A stretch of 64,000 nt of DNA from assembly GCF_003991155.1 (NCBI RefSeq), contig NZ_CP031293.1. One strand, given 5' to 3'. The number at the start of each line of letters is the position of its first letter. The first letter of the stretch is position 1. A program made the translations under genes and the position numbers. The DNA comes from Escherichia coli. Lineage in GTDB: Bacteria; Pseudomonadota; Gammaproteobacteria; Enterobacterales; Enterobacteriaceae. The notes below the pieces were generated by a model. It was not told where the DNA came from, searched no databases, and worked only from the letters and a program-made list of their open reading frames with translations. Positions 10,409-20,736 of the stretch are shown piece after piece.

Positions 10409-12232
10409 TTAATCGTCTTTCGGTGCGCGGTTGGCGCGACGACGATCGTTTTCCGTCAGGTGACGTTTACGAATACGGATAGAGGTCGGAGTCACTTCTA
10501 CCAGTTCGTCATCATCGATGAACTCCAGAGCTTGTTCCAGAGTCATGCGGATAGGCGGAACCAGAACAACGGCTTCGTCAGTACCGGAAGCACGCATGTT
10601 GGTCAGTTTCTTACCGGTCAGGCAGTTTACAGTCAGGTCGTTAGAGCGGCTGTGAATGCCGATAATCTGACCTTCGTAAACTTCTGCACCGTGACCGAGG
10701 AACAGCTTACCGCGGTCCTGCAGACCGAACAGCGCGAACGCTACCGCTTTACCCTGACCGTTAGAGATCAGTACGCCGTTCTGACGCTGACCCACTTCAC
10801 CCGGACGTACGTCGTCGTAGTGGCTGAAGGTGGAGTACAGCAGACCAGTACCGGAAGTCATGGTCATGAACTCAGAACGGAAGCCAATCAGACCACGGCT
10901 TGGGATCACGTAGTCGAGACGTACGCGGCCTTTACCGTCTGGATTCATGTTTTTCAGGTCGCCTTTACGTTCGCCCAGCGCCTGCATCACAGAACCCTGA
11001 TGCTGTTCTTCAACGTCCAGCGTCACGTTTTCATACGGCTCTTGTTTACGACCGTCGATTTCACGGAAGATTACTTTCGGACGGGATACCGCCAGTTCGA
11101 AACCTTCACGACGCATGTTTTCAATAAGAACAGACAGGTGCAGTTCGCCACGACCAGAAACGCGGAACGCATCGGCGTCTTCGGTTTCTTCTACGCGCAG
11201 CGCAACGTTGTGTACCAGTTCTTTGTTCAGACGATCCAGGATCTGACGAGACGTTACGAACTTACCTTCTTTACCGCAGAACGGCGAGGTGTTAACGCAG
11301 AAGAACATAGAAACGGTCGGCTCATCAACGGAGAGTGCCGGCAGCGCTTCAACGTTTTGCGTGTCGCAAACGGTGTCAGAAATGTTCAGTTCGCCCAGGC
11401 CCGTGATCGCCACGATATCGCCAGCTTCCGCCAGATCGGTTTCAATACGTTCCAGACCGAGGTGGCCCAGCACTTTACCGACTTTCGCGTTACGGGTTTT
11501 GCCTTCGCTATCGATGATAGTGACCTGCTGGTTCGGCTTCACTTTACCGCGCTTGATGCGGCCAATGCCGATAACGCCAACATAGCTGTTGTAATCGAGC
11601 TGAGAAATCTGCATCTGGAACGGACCGTCAAGGTCAACGTCCGGCGCAGGAACGTGGTCAACAATCGCCTGATACAGCGGGGTCATGTCTTCCGCCATAT
11701 CTTCGTGGTCCAGACCCGCGATACCGTTCAGCGCAGAAGCGTAAACGATCGGGAAGTCCAGCTGCTCGTCGGTCGCGTCGAGGTTAACGAACAGATCGAA
11801 TACCTGATCCACAACCCAATCAGGACGCGCGCCAGGGCGGTCAACTTTGTTGATAACAACAATCGGCTTCAGGCCGTAAGCAAACGCTTTTTTGGTTACG
11901 AAGCGCGTTTGCGGCATCGGGCCGTCAAATGCGTCAACCACCAGCAGCACTGAGTCTACCATGGACATTACACGTTCAACTTCACCACCGAAGTCGGCGT
12001 GCCCCGGGGTATCAACGATGTTGATACGGTAATCATTCCATTTGATAGCGGTGTTTTTCGCGAGGATGGTAATCCCACGCTCTTTCTCCAAATCGTTGGA
12101 GTCCATCACGCGCTCTTGGGTTTCGGCACGAGAGTCGAACGTACCGGATTGTTGGAGCAGCTTGTCTACCAGGGTGGTTTTACCATGGTCTACGTGCGCG
12201 ATGATGGCGATATTACGCAATTTTTCGATCAC
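10409..12232 (-). CDS. typA: Ribosome-associated translational GTPase BipA/TypA
   Basis: 607-aa ORF, N-terminal G-domain [13 protein letters not shown]-like domain architecture. Confidence 0.95.
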   Translation of the reverse strand: MIEKLRNIAIIAHVDHGKTTLVDKLLQQSGTFDSRAETQERVMDSNDLEKERGITILAKNTAIKWNDYRINIVDTPGHADFGGEVERVMSMVDSVLLVVDAFDGPMPQTRFVTKKAFAYGLKPIVVINKVDRPGARPDWVVDQVFDLFVNLDATDEQLDFPIVYASALNGIAGLDHEDMAEDMTPLYQAIVDHVPAPDVDLDGPFQMQISQLDYNSYVGVIGIGRIKRGKVKPNQQVTIIDSEGKTRNAKVGKVLGHLGLERIETDLAEAGDIVAITGLGELNISDTVCDTQNVEALPALSVDEPTVSMFFCVNTSPFCGKEGKFVTSRQILDRLNKELVHNVALRVEETEDADAFRVSGRGELHLSVLIENMRREGFELAVSRPKVIFREIDGRKQEPYENVTLDVEEQHQGSVMQALGERKGDLKNMNPDGKGRVRLDYVIPSRGLIGFRSEFMTMTSGTGLLYSTFSHYDDVRPGEVGQRQNGVLISNGQGKAVAFALFGLQDRGKLFLGHGAEVYEGQIIGIHSRSNDLTVNCLTGKKLTNMRASGTDEAVVLVPPIRMTLEQALEFIDDDELVEVTPTSIRIRKRHLTENDRRRANRAPKDD

Positions 12233-12383
12233 AACTTTGCCTCAGGCATTAGAAATAGCGCGTTATTGTACACGGATTAATCGCACTACAAAACAGGATC
12301 ACAAACATCCTCCGCAAACAAGTATTGCAGAGTCCCTTTGTGATCGCTTTCACGGAGCATAAAAAGGGTTATCCAAAGGTCAT

Positions 12384-12462
12384 TGCACCAACATGGTGCT
12401 TAATGTTTCCATTGAAGCACTATATTGGTGCAACATTCACATCATGGTGCAGCCCTTTTGCA
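12384..12462 (+). promoter_or_regulatory. NtrC (NRI) enhancer sites upstream of glnA
   Basis: TGCACCAacatGGTGCt (12384-12400), GCACtatatTGGTGCA (12417-12433) and a third GGTGCA..TTGCAC element, matching the TGCACC-N5-GGTGCA consensus. Confidence 0.75.
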
Positions 12463-12505
12463 CGATGTTAAGCATGATAACGCCTTTTAGGGGCAATTTA
12501 AAAGT

Positions 12506-12521
12506 TGGCACAGATTTCGCT
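12506..12521 (+). promoter_or_regulatory. glnAp2 sigma-54 promoter (-24/-12)
   Basis: TGGCAC-agatt-TCGCT about 85 nt upstream of the glnA ATG; matches recalled glnAp2 sequence. Confidence 0.8.
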
Positions 12522-12604
12522 TTATCTTTTTTACGGCGACACGGCCAAAATAATTGCAGATTTCGTTACCACGACGACCATGACCAATCCAGGAGAGTTA
12601 AAGT

Positions 12605-14014
12605 ATGTCCGCTGAACACGTACTGACGATGCTGAACGAGCACGAAGTGAAGTTTGTTGATTTGCGCTTCACCGATACCAAAGGTAAAGAACAGCACGTC
12701 ACTATCCCTGCTCATCAGGTGAATGCTGAATTCTTCGAAGAAGGCAAAATGTTTGACGGCTCCTCGATTGGCGGCTGGAAAGGCATTAACGAATCCGACA
12801 TGGTGCTGATGCCAGACGCATCCACCGCAGTGATTGACCCGTTCTTCGCGGATTCTACCCTGATTATCCGTTGCGACATCCTTGAACCTGGCACCCTGCA
12901 AGGCTATGACCGTGACCCGCGCTCTATTGCGAAGCGCGCCGAAGATTACCTGCGTTCCACTGGCATTGCCGACACCGTACTGTTCGGGCCAGAACCTGAA
13001 TTCTTCCTGTTCGATGACATCCGTTTCGGATCATCTATCTCCGGTTCCCACGTTGCTATCGACGATATCGAAGGCGCATGGAACTCCTCCACCCAATACG
13101 AAGGTGGTAACAAAGGTCACCGTCCGGCAGTGAAAGGCGGTTACTTCCCGGTTCCGCCGGTAGACTCTGCTCAGGATATTCGTTCTGAAATGTGTCTGGT
13201 GATGGAACAGATGGGTCTGGTGGTTGAAGCCCATCACCACGAAGTAGCGACTGCTGGTCAGAACGAAGTGGCTACCCGCTTCAATACCATGACCAAAAAA
13301 GCTGACGAAATTCAGATCTACAAATATGTTGTGCACAACGTAGCGCACCGCTTCGGTAAAACTGCGACCTTTATGCCAAAACCGATGTTCGGTGATAACG
13401 GCTCCGGTATGCACTGCCACATGTCGCTGTCTAAAAACGGCGTTAACCTGTTTGCTGGCGACAAATACGCAGGTCTGTCTGAACAGGCGCTGTACTACAT
13501 TGGCGGCGTAATCAAACACGCGAAAGCGATTAATGCCCTGGCAAACCCGACCACCAACTCTTACAAGCGTCTGGTCCCGGGCTACGAAGCACCGGTAATG
13601 CTGGCTTACTCTGCGCGTAACCGTTCTGCGTCTATCCGTATTCCGGTGGTTTCTTCTCCGAAAGCACGTCGTATCGAAGTACGTTTCCCGGACCCGGCGG
13701 CTAACCCGTACCTGTGCTTTGCTGCCCTGCTGATGGCCGGTCTTGACGGTATCAAGAACAAGATCCATCCGGGCGAAGCGATGGACAAAAACCTGTATGA
13801 CCTGCCGCCGGAAGAAGCGAAAGAGATCCCACAGGTTGCTGGTTCTCTGGAAGAAGCACTGAACGAACTGGATCTGGACCGCGAGTTCCTGAAAGCCGGT
13901 GGCGTGTTCACTGATGAAGCGATCGATGCGTACATCGCTCTGCGTCGCGAAGAAGATGACCGTGTGCGTATGACTCCGCATCCGGTAGAGTTTGAGCTGT
14001 ACTACAGCGTCTAA
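12605..14014 (+). CDS. glnA: Glutamine synthetase (type I)
   Basis: 469-aa ORF; adenylylation-site context NLYDLPPEE present. Confidence 0.97.
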
Positions 14015-14074
14015 TAGTTGAAGTTGTACTACCCGGCGCAACAACGCCGGGATTTAGTTGCCGTGGAAACTTTC

Positions 14075-14100
14075 AGCCCATCTCTGCATGGGCTTTTTTC
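14075..14100 (+). terminator. Rho-independent terminator after glnA
   Basis: Hairpin agcccatctctgcatgggct followed by TTTTTT. Confidence 0.7.
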
Positions 14101-14140
14101 TCCGTCAATTCTCTGATGCTTCGCGCTTTTTATCCGTAAA

Positions 14141-14166
14141 AAGCTATAATGCACTAAAATGGTGCA
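14141..14166 (+). promoter_or_regulatory. glnL promoter region with overlapping NtrC operator
   Basis: -10-like TATAAT at 14145-14150 immediately followed by palindrome TGCACTAAAATGGTGCA (14150-14166). Confidence 0.7.
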
Positions 14167-14187
14167 ACCTGTTCAGGAGACTGCTTT

Positions 14188-15237
14188 ATGGCAACAGGCA
14201 CGCAGCCCGATGCTGGGCAGATCCTCAACTCGCTGATTAACAGTATTTTGTTAATTGATGACAATCTGGCGATCCATTACGCCAACCCCGCCGCGCAACA
14301 ACTGCTCGCCCAAAGCTCCCGCAAATTGTTTGGTACGCCGTTACCGGAACTGTTGAGCTACTTCTCATTAAATATCGAGCTGATGCAAGAAAGTCTGGAG
14401 GCGGGGCAAGGTTTTACCGATAACGAAGTGACGCTGGTCATCGACGGGCGCTCGCATATCCTTTCTGTGACGGCCCAGCGTATGCCGGACGGCATGATCC
14501 TGCTGGAGATGGCTCCGATGGATAACCAGCGCCGCTTAAGTCAGGAACAGCTACAGCACGCCCAGCAGGTTGCTGCCCGTGATTTAGTGCGCGGCCTGGC
14601 ACATGAGATTAAAAATCCGCTTGGCGGTTTACGTGGCGCGGCGCAGCTGCTCAGCAAAGCGTTACCTGACCCATCACTACTCGAATATACCAAAGTGATT
14701 ATCGAACAGGCGGACCGGCTGCGAAATCTGGTCGACCGTCTGTTGGGGCCGCAGCTGCCCGGTACGCGCGTTACCGAAAGTATTCACAAAGTGGCTGAAC
14801 GCGTGGTAACGCTGGTGTCGATGGAACTGCCGGACAACGTGCGGTTGATTCGTGATTACGATCCCAGCCTGCCGGAACTGGCGCACGACCCGGATCAAAT
14901 TGAACAGGTCTTGCTGAATATTGTGCGCAATGCGCTACAGGCGCTGGGGCCGGAAGGCGGTGAAATCATTCTGCGTACCCGCACCGCGTTTCAACTGACC
15001 TTACACGGCGAGCGCTACCGGCTGGCGGCGCGGATTGATGTGGAAGATAACGGGCCGGGCATTCCGCCTCATTTGCAGGATACGCTGTTTTACCCGATGG
15101 TCAGCGGCCGCGAAGGTGGCACCGGGCTTGGCTTATCCATCGCTCGTAATTTGATTGATCAGCATTCAGGCAAAATTGAATTTACCAGTTGGCCAGGGCA
15201 TACCGAGTTCTCGGTTTACCTGCCTATCAGGAAATAA
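14188..15237 (+). CDS. glnL: Nitrogen regulation sensor histidine kinase NtrB (NRII)
   Basis: 349-aa ORF; H-box [11 protein letters not shown]; ATPase G-boxes. Confidence 0.95.
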
Positions 15238-15248
15238 AGGTGACGTTT

Positions 15249-16658
15249 ATGCAACGAGGGATAGTCTGGGTAGTCGATGACGATAGTTCCATCCGTTGGG
15301 TGCTTGAACGTGCGCTCGCTGGGGCAGGTTTAACCTGTACGACGTTTGAGAACGGCGCAGAAGTGCTGGAGGCGCTGGCGAGCAAAACGCCGGATGTGCT
15401 GCTTTCAGATATCCGTATGCCGGGAATGGACGGGCTGGCGCTGCTCAAGCAGATTAAACAGCGCCATCCAATGCTTCCGGTCATCATTATGACCGCACAT
15501 TCCGATCTTGATGCTGCCGTCAGCGCCTATCAACAAGGGGCGTTTGATTATCTGCCCAAACCGTTTGATATCGACGAAGCCGTGGCGCTGGTTGAGCGCG
15601 CCATCAGTCATTACCAGGAACAGCAGCAGCCGCGTAATGTTCAGCTTAACGGCCCAACGACCGATATCATCGGCGAAGCGCCAGCCATGCAGGACGTGTT
15701 CCGTATTATCGGTCGGCTTTCGCGTTCTTCTATTAGCGTGCTGATTAACGGCGAATCCGGCACCGGTAAAGAACTGGTCGCTCATGCCCTGCATCGCCAC
15801 AGTCCGCGAGCCAAAGCGCCGTTTATCGCGCTGAATATGGCAGCTATCCCAAAAGATTTGATCGAATCAGAACTGTTTGGTCACGAGAAAGGCGCGTTTA
15901 CCGGCGCGAATACCATTCGTCAGGGGCGTTTTGAACAGGCTGATGGCGGTACATTATTCCTCGATGAAATTGGCGATATGCCGCTGGATGTGCAGACGCG
16001 TTTGCTGCGCGTGCTGGCAGACGGTCAGTTTTACCGCGTTGGCGGCTATGCGCCGGTGAAAGTGGATGTGCGGATTATCGCTGCCACTCACCAGAATCTT
16101 GAACAGCGGGTGCAGGAAGGTAAGTTCCGTGAGGATCTGTTCCACCGCCTGAACGTTATCCGCGTTCATCTGCCGCCACTGCGTGAGCGTCGGGAAGATA
16201 TTCCCCGTCTGGCACGCCATTTTTTACAGGTTGCCGCGCGAGAGCTGGGCGTAGAAGCGAAGTTGCTGCATCCGGAAACCGAAGCCGCGCTGACGCGTCT
16301 GGCGTGGCCAGGCAACGTGCGCCAGCTGGAAAACACCTGTCGCTGGCTAACGGTGATGGCCGCCGGGCAGGAAGTGTTGATTCAGGATTTGCCCGGTGAA
16401 CTGTTTGAATCAACGGTTGCGGAGAGTACTTCGCAAATGCAACCGGACAGTTGGGCGACACTTTTAGCGCAGTGGGCAGATCGGGCGCTACGTTCCGGTC
16501 ATCAAAATCTGCTTTCCGAAGCGCAGCCTGAGCTGGAGCGGACGTTACTGACGACCGCGTTGCGACATACGCAGGGGCATAAACAGGAAGCAGCGCGGCT
16601 ACTTGGCTGGGGCCGTAACACCCTGACGCGTAAGTTAAAAGAGCTGGGAATGGAGTGA
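15249..16658 (+). CDS. glnG: Nitrogen regulation response regulator NtrC (sigma-54 enhancer-binding protein)
   Basis: ORF 15189..16658; start at [12 protein letters not shown] (15249) gives 469 aa; receiver domain, AAA+ GESGTGKE and GAFTGA motifs, C-terminal HTH. Confidence 0.95.
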   Translation: MQRGIVWVVDDDSSIRWVLERALAGAGLTCTTFENGAEVLEALASKTPDVLLSDIRMPGMDGLALLKQIKQRHPMLPVIIMTAHSDLDAAVSAYQQGAFDYLPKPFDIDEAVALVERAISHYQEQQQPRNVQLNGPTTDIIGEAPAMQDVFRIIGRLSRSSISVLINGESGTGKELVAHALHRHSPRAKAPFIALNMAAIPKDLIESELFGHEKGAFTGANTIRQGRFEQADGGTLFLDEIGDMPLDVQTRLLRVLADGQFYRVGGYAPVKVDVRIIAATHQNLEQRVQEGKFREDLFHRLNVIRVHLPPLRERREDIPRLARHFLQVAARELGVEAKLLHPETEAALTRLAWPGNVRQLENTCRWLTVMAAGQEVLIQDLPGELFESTVAESTSQMQPDSWATLLAQWADRALRSGHQNLLSEAQPELERTLLTTALRHTQGHKQEAARLLGWGRNTLTRKLKELGME

Positions 16659-16769
16659 TTCACGGCTTGTGTGTAAAGATTGATTATTGAGCGCAAATTG
16701 CTGGTATTTTGCGCTTTACTGTTCCGATAAGTTCAGTATGATCTTGCCCGGAAAACGGGGAGAGTCATT

Positions 16770-16880
16770 ATGCTGGAATCAATAATTAATCTGGTATCGA
16801 GTGGCGCAGTTGACAGCCACACACCACAAACTGCCGTTGCTGCCGTGCTGTGTGCCGCGATGATTGGGCTGTTTAGTTGA
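16770..16880 (+). CDS. yshB: Small hydrophobic protein (36 aa)
   Basis: ATG at 16770 preceded by GGGGAGAG; translation MLESIINLVSSGAVDSHTPQTAVAAVLCAAMIGLFS; not in the supplied ORF track (too short); corresponds to annotated K-12 yshB as recalled. Confidence 0.6.
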   Translation: MLESIINLVSSGAVDSHTPQTAVAAVLCAAMIGLFS

Positions 16881-16912
16881 GTTTCAGATTGCTGATGAAG
16901 TGCTCTTTGTTC

Positions 16913-17000
16913 ATGCCGGATGCGGCGTGAACGCCTTATCCGGCCTGCAAAAGCAATATTTTCAACAGGTTTTGTAGGCCTGATAAGCGTAGCGCATCAG
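16913..17000. repeat. REP/BIME elements
   Basis: gccggatgcggcgtgaacgccttatccggcctgc and aggcctgataagcgtagcgcatcaggc. Confidence 0.75.
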
Positions 17001-17069
17001 GCAATCTTGTTCTCAGCACATTGATGGCGCTTTCGTTTTCTACTTTGTAAACGAAGCGCCATTCACTAT

Positions 17070-18443
17070 TTAAATCACCCGTGAGAACTGCTGCATCCGC
17101 GCTTTCTGGCGCAGATAGGTATCAAAGCACATGCAAATGTTGCGGATCAGCAAGCGACCTTTCGCCGTCACTTGAATCCCCTTCTCATCCACATCCACCA
17201 GCCCATCTTTTGCTAACGGGGCGAGCAGCTTGAGATCTTCCGCAAAGTAATCAGCGAAGTGCAAATCCCACTGTTGCTCAATGGGAGCGTAATCCAGACG
17301 GAAGTTGCAGATGAGCGACTTAATCACATCGCGGCGAATACAGTCATCACGCGTTAGCGCAATACCACGCCACAGCGCATTGCCTTGTTCATCCACTTGC
17401 TGATAGTACTGCTTCAACTCTTTCTGGTTCTGCGCGTAGCAGTCGCCAATCATGCTGATGGCGGAAACGCCCATCCCCAGCAAATCGGTATCGCCCTGAG
17501 TGGTATAGCCCTGGAAGTTACGATGCAACACGCCTTCGCGCTGGGCCACTGCCAGCTCGTCATCAGGGCGAGCAAAGTGATCCATACCGATAAACTGATA
17601 GCCCGATTGTGTCAGGAAGGCGATGGTTTCCTGCAAGATATCGAGTTTTTGTTGCGGACTCGGCAAGTCAGCATCTTTGATTTTGCGTTGGGCGGCAAAA
17701 ATAGTTGGCAGATGCGCGTAGTTAAAGACGCTCAGACGATCGGGGTTCAGCTCCGCCACACGTTTCAGGGTAAAGGCAAAACTTTCCGGCGTCTGTTTCG
17801 GCAGACCGTAAATCAGGTCGATGTTGGTGGAGGTAAAGCCAATCTCACGCGCATGGTTAAGCAGTGCAAAGATGAACTCTTCATCCTGCTCGCGGTTAAC
17901 CAGACGTTGCACTTCTTTGTTGAAGTCCTGCACGCCCATGCTCAGGCGATTAAAGCCCTCGGCGCGTAAATGATCGAGTACATCCAGTTCGATTTCGCGC
18001 GGATCGACTTCGATCGAAATCTCCGCATCGGCATTGAACTGGAAGTTTTCGCGCAGCAGCTTCATCAGACGGCTGATTTGCGCTTTGTTCAGATACGTCG
18101 GCGTACCACCGCCCCAGTGCAGCTGGCTCACCTTGCGCCCGGCAAAAAGCGGTGCACGATGGACGATTTCTTGCTCCAGCGCGTCCAGATACTGATCGGC
18201 CTTGTGCTGCTGGCGAGTAACTATCTTATTGCAACCGCAGAAGTAACAAAGCTTATGGCAGAACGGAATATGTACGTAGAGAGATAATGGACGCTCAGGA
18301 TAGCGCGCCACGGCTTGTAAAAACGCCTGTTCGCCGAAGTCTTCTGAAAACTCCAGCGCGGTCGGGTACGAGGTGTATCGTGGCCCGGAATAGTTATATT
18401 TCTGGATCAGGGCCAGATCCCAGTCGATTTGCTGTACAGACAT
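17070..18443 (-). CDS. hemN: Oxygen-independent coproporphyrinogen III oxidase (radical SAM)
   Basis: ORF 17070..18449; start MSVQQIDW; CxxxCxxC radical-SAM motif HIPFCHKLCYFCGC. Confidence 0.95.
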   Translation of the reverse strand: MSVQQIDWDLALIQKYNYSGPRYTSYPTALEFSEDFGEQAFLQAVARYPERPLSLYVHIPFCHKLCYFCGCNKIVTRQQHKADQYLDALEQEIVHRAPLFAGRKVSQLHWGGGTPTYLNKAQISRLMKLLRENFQFNADAEISIEVDPREIELDVLDHLRAEGFNRLSMGVQDFNKEVQRLVNREQDEEFIFALLNHAREIGFTSTNIDLIYGLPKQTPESFAFTLKRVAELNPDRLSVFNYAHLPTIFAAQRKIKDADLPSPQQKLDILQETIAFLTQSGYQFIGMDHFARPDDELAVAQREGVLHRNFQGYTTQGDTDLLGMGVSAISMIGDCYAQNQKELKQYYQQVDEQGNALWRGIALTRDDCIRRDVIKSLICNFRLDYAPIEQQWDLHFADYFAEDLKLLAPLAKDGLVDVDEKGIQVTAKGRLLIRNICMCFDTYLRQKARMQQFSRVI

Positions 18444-18631
18444 GCTCACTCCTTCCGATGGCGTCTCTGGCGGCTACGGCGTACCGGCGGATGCCCGTTT
18501 CGGGTCATCAGCCGGTTGCGCAGCCACTTTTGTCGCCGCGACAACCGCTGTAGTTTAACGAATAACCACACCAGATAACATATAACCGGAAGGGTTATCA
18601 GCAGAACGGGAAGGCCCACGGCGGCAATCCG

Positions 18632-19141
18632 TTAGTTGCCCCGCAGCAGACGCATCATGTCTTCTTGCTTCTCGTCTTCTTCCTCTTCTTCGTCATCGTC
18701 ATAAGAGAGGCCGAGTTTCTGCATCAACTCATCAATACGATCCAGTTTAGCATCCACCCAGGATTGCTCTTCGGCGCTCAGGGTTTCGCCTGCTTCCAGA
18801 CGTTCCAGCAGCGCATCCAGACGCTCATCCGTTTCCAGTAATTCCAACTCCGCCTGCGGTGAAAGCATAGGTTTCTCACTCTTCGGTTTGTGCTGTTTGG
18901 TGACTTTTTCAGTCACGCCCAATGGAATAGGGGTTTTACTGCCAATACGTGGATCTTTTGGTGCGTTCTGGCCTTTGCTGCCTGACGAGGTGTTACCGCC
19001 CGCTGCGCGGCTGCCCGGCGCATGACCACGACGTTTTTTCTGACGCTTACGGTCACGAGCTTCCTGATCCAGCTCCTCGCGTGTTTTTCGACGCGCTTTT
19101 GCATGACCTTTGCTGCGTGAGTTTGAAGATGATGGTTTCAT
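18632..19141 (-). CDS. yihI: Der GTPase-activating protein YihI
   Basis: ORF 18632..19204; start MKPSSSNSR (169 aa); highly basic N-terminus and acidic C-terminus. Confidence 0.9.
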
Positions 19142-19207
19142 AATGGTTCGTCTTTTAGCCGTTTTATTCAGTATAGATTTGCGGCGGAATCTAACAGAAA
19201 GCAAGCA

Positions 19208-19452
19208 AAGAAAAAAGGCGACAGATTACTCTGTCGCCTTTTTTCCTGACTCATAACCCTTAACGGGTCTTACAATCCTTGCAGGCCGCCAACACACCCT
19301 GTTTTTCCATTAGCCGGAACAATCCGTGTTGATTCCATTTCCGTTTAATTACGTCTCCGGACGTTTGTCTTCCTGACAATCCTCTGTCTTCGCCTCCTGG
19401 CGCTCCTGACCCTCATCCTGAGTCATTGTTCCTGTTAGCGTCCTCGCTCTAT
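19208..19452 (-). ncRNA. csrC: CsrC sRNA (CsrA-sequestering RNA)
   Basis: Minus-strand sequence ATAGAGCGAGGACGCTAACAGGAACAATGACTCAGGATGAGGG... with many GGA motifs, ending in hairpin ggcgacagagtaatctgtcgcc plus U-run; lies in the yihI-engB spacer as in K-12. Confidence 0.75.
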
Positions 19453-19722
19453 GGGTGCTACTTTACGCCTTTGCTTTAAACAAACAATCAACCGCCATCA
19501 GTATTTGCACATTTTCAGAGTTTTATATAAAAGCAATTAACTGATTTATATAGCTTATTTGACATGCATCGCAGAATTTTCTCTGCTATTTCGCATAAAG
19601 ACTATCGGCAATGTCTCACAAAGCGTATGGCTTTTACTTACAACGCTCACGCCGAAAAATCCGCCTTTTATTATGGTTCAGGTATAATCGCCGCAAAGCT
19701 TTGACTGACGGAGACGACCGCT

Positions 19723-20355
19723 TTGACTAATTTGAATTATCAACAGACGCATTTTGTGATGAGTGCGCCTGATATTCGCCACCTACCTTCCGATACCGGA
19801 ATTGAAGTGGCTTTTGCAGGCCGTTCCAACGCAGGTAAATCCAGCGCGCTGAACACGCTGACTAACCAGAAAAGCCTGGCGCGGACCTCAAAAACCCCAG
19901 GGCGCACCCAGCTTATCAACCTGTTTGAAGTGGCTGACGGCAAGCGTCTGGTTGACTTGCCTGGGTACGGTTATGCGGAAGTCCCGGAAGAGATGAAGCG
20001 CAAATGGCAGCGCGCGCTCGGCGAGTACCTCGAAAAACGTCAGAGCCTGCAAGGTCTGGTGGTGCTAATGGATATTCGCCATCCGCTGAAAGATTTGGAT
20101 CAGCAGATGATTGAGTGGGCGGTAGACAGCAATATCGCCGTGCTGGTGCTGCTGACCAAAGCGGACAAACTGGCAAGCGGCGCACGTAAAGCGCAATTGA
20201 ATATGGTGCGTGAAGCGGTGCTGGCGTTTAACGGTGATGTGCAGGTTGAAACCTTCTCTTCACTGAAGAAACAAGGCGTGGACAAGCTGCGGCAGAAACT
20301 GGATACCTGGTTTAGCGAGATGCAGCCTGTAGAAGAAACGCAGGACGGCGAATAA
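19723..20355 (+). CDS. engB: Ribosome biogenesis GTP-binding protein EngB/YsxC
   Basis: 210-aa ORF with TTG start; G1 motif GRSNAGKSS. Confidence 0.93.
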
Positions 20356-20374
20356 TTTTCTTGCCTTAATGCTT

Positions 20375-20460
20375 GTGCCGGATGTGGCGTATCCGGCCAG
20401 TAAATTCAATAGATTACACTTCTACCGTTGGCCTGATAAACATGGCGCATCAGGCATTAC
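20375..20460. repeat. REP elements
   Basis: gccggatgtggcgtatccggcc and ggcctgataaacatggcgcatcaggc. Confidence 0.7.
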
Positions 20461-20480
20461 GGATCTTTTCTTTCGCCCAA

Positions 20481-20589
20481 TAAAAAACGCCCCAGTCATT
20501 ACTGACTGGGGCGGCTAAAATATTCAGCCAAATCCGATTACGTGAAGTAAAAGGTCTGAAAGATAGAACATCTTACCTCTGTACCCTAC
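20481..20589 (-). ncRNA. spf: Spot 42 sRNA
   Basis: Reverse complement reads GTAGGGTACAGAGGTAAGATGTTCTATCTTTCAGACCTTTTACTTCACGTAATCGGATTTGGCTGAATATTTTAGCCGCCCCAGTCAGTAATGACTGGGGCGTTTTTTA (109 nt), the Spot 42 sequence with its terminator. Confidence 0.9.
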
Positions 20590-20736
20590 GCGACTAACTT
20601 TACTCTTTTTTGTTCAGTTCAGAAAGCATTTTTTGTAATTTTTTTTCAGTTGTTGCATAGGAATTTCTAATAGCCATCACAAAACGTGACAGCTTATGTT
20701 GCTTACTTACGAAAAAAGGGCATGTTCAGGCGAATC

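Noticed and set aside
10460-11953. 497-aa ORF on the plus strand
   Set aside because: Entirely antisense to typA, no recognisable motifs; typical shadow ORF of a codon-biased gene
13031-14044. 337-aa ORF antisense to glnA
   Set aside because: Arg/Val/His-rich low-complexity translation; glnA on the opposite strand is unambiguous
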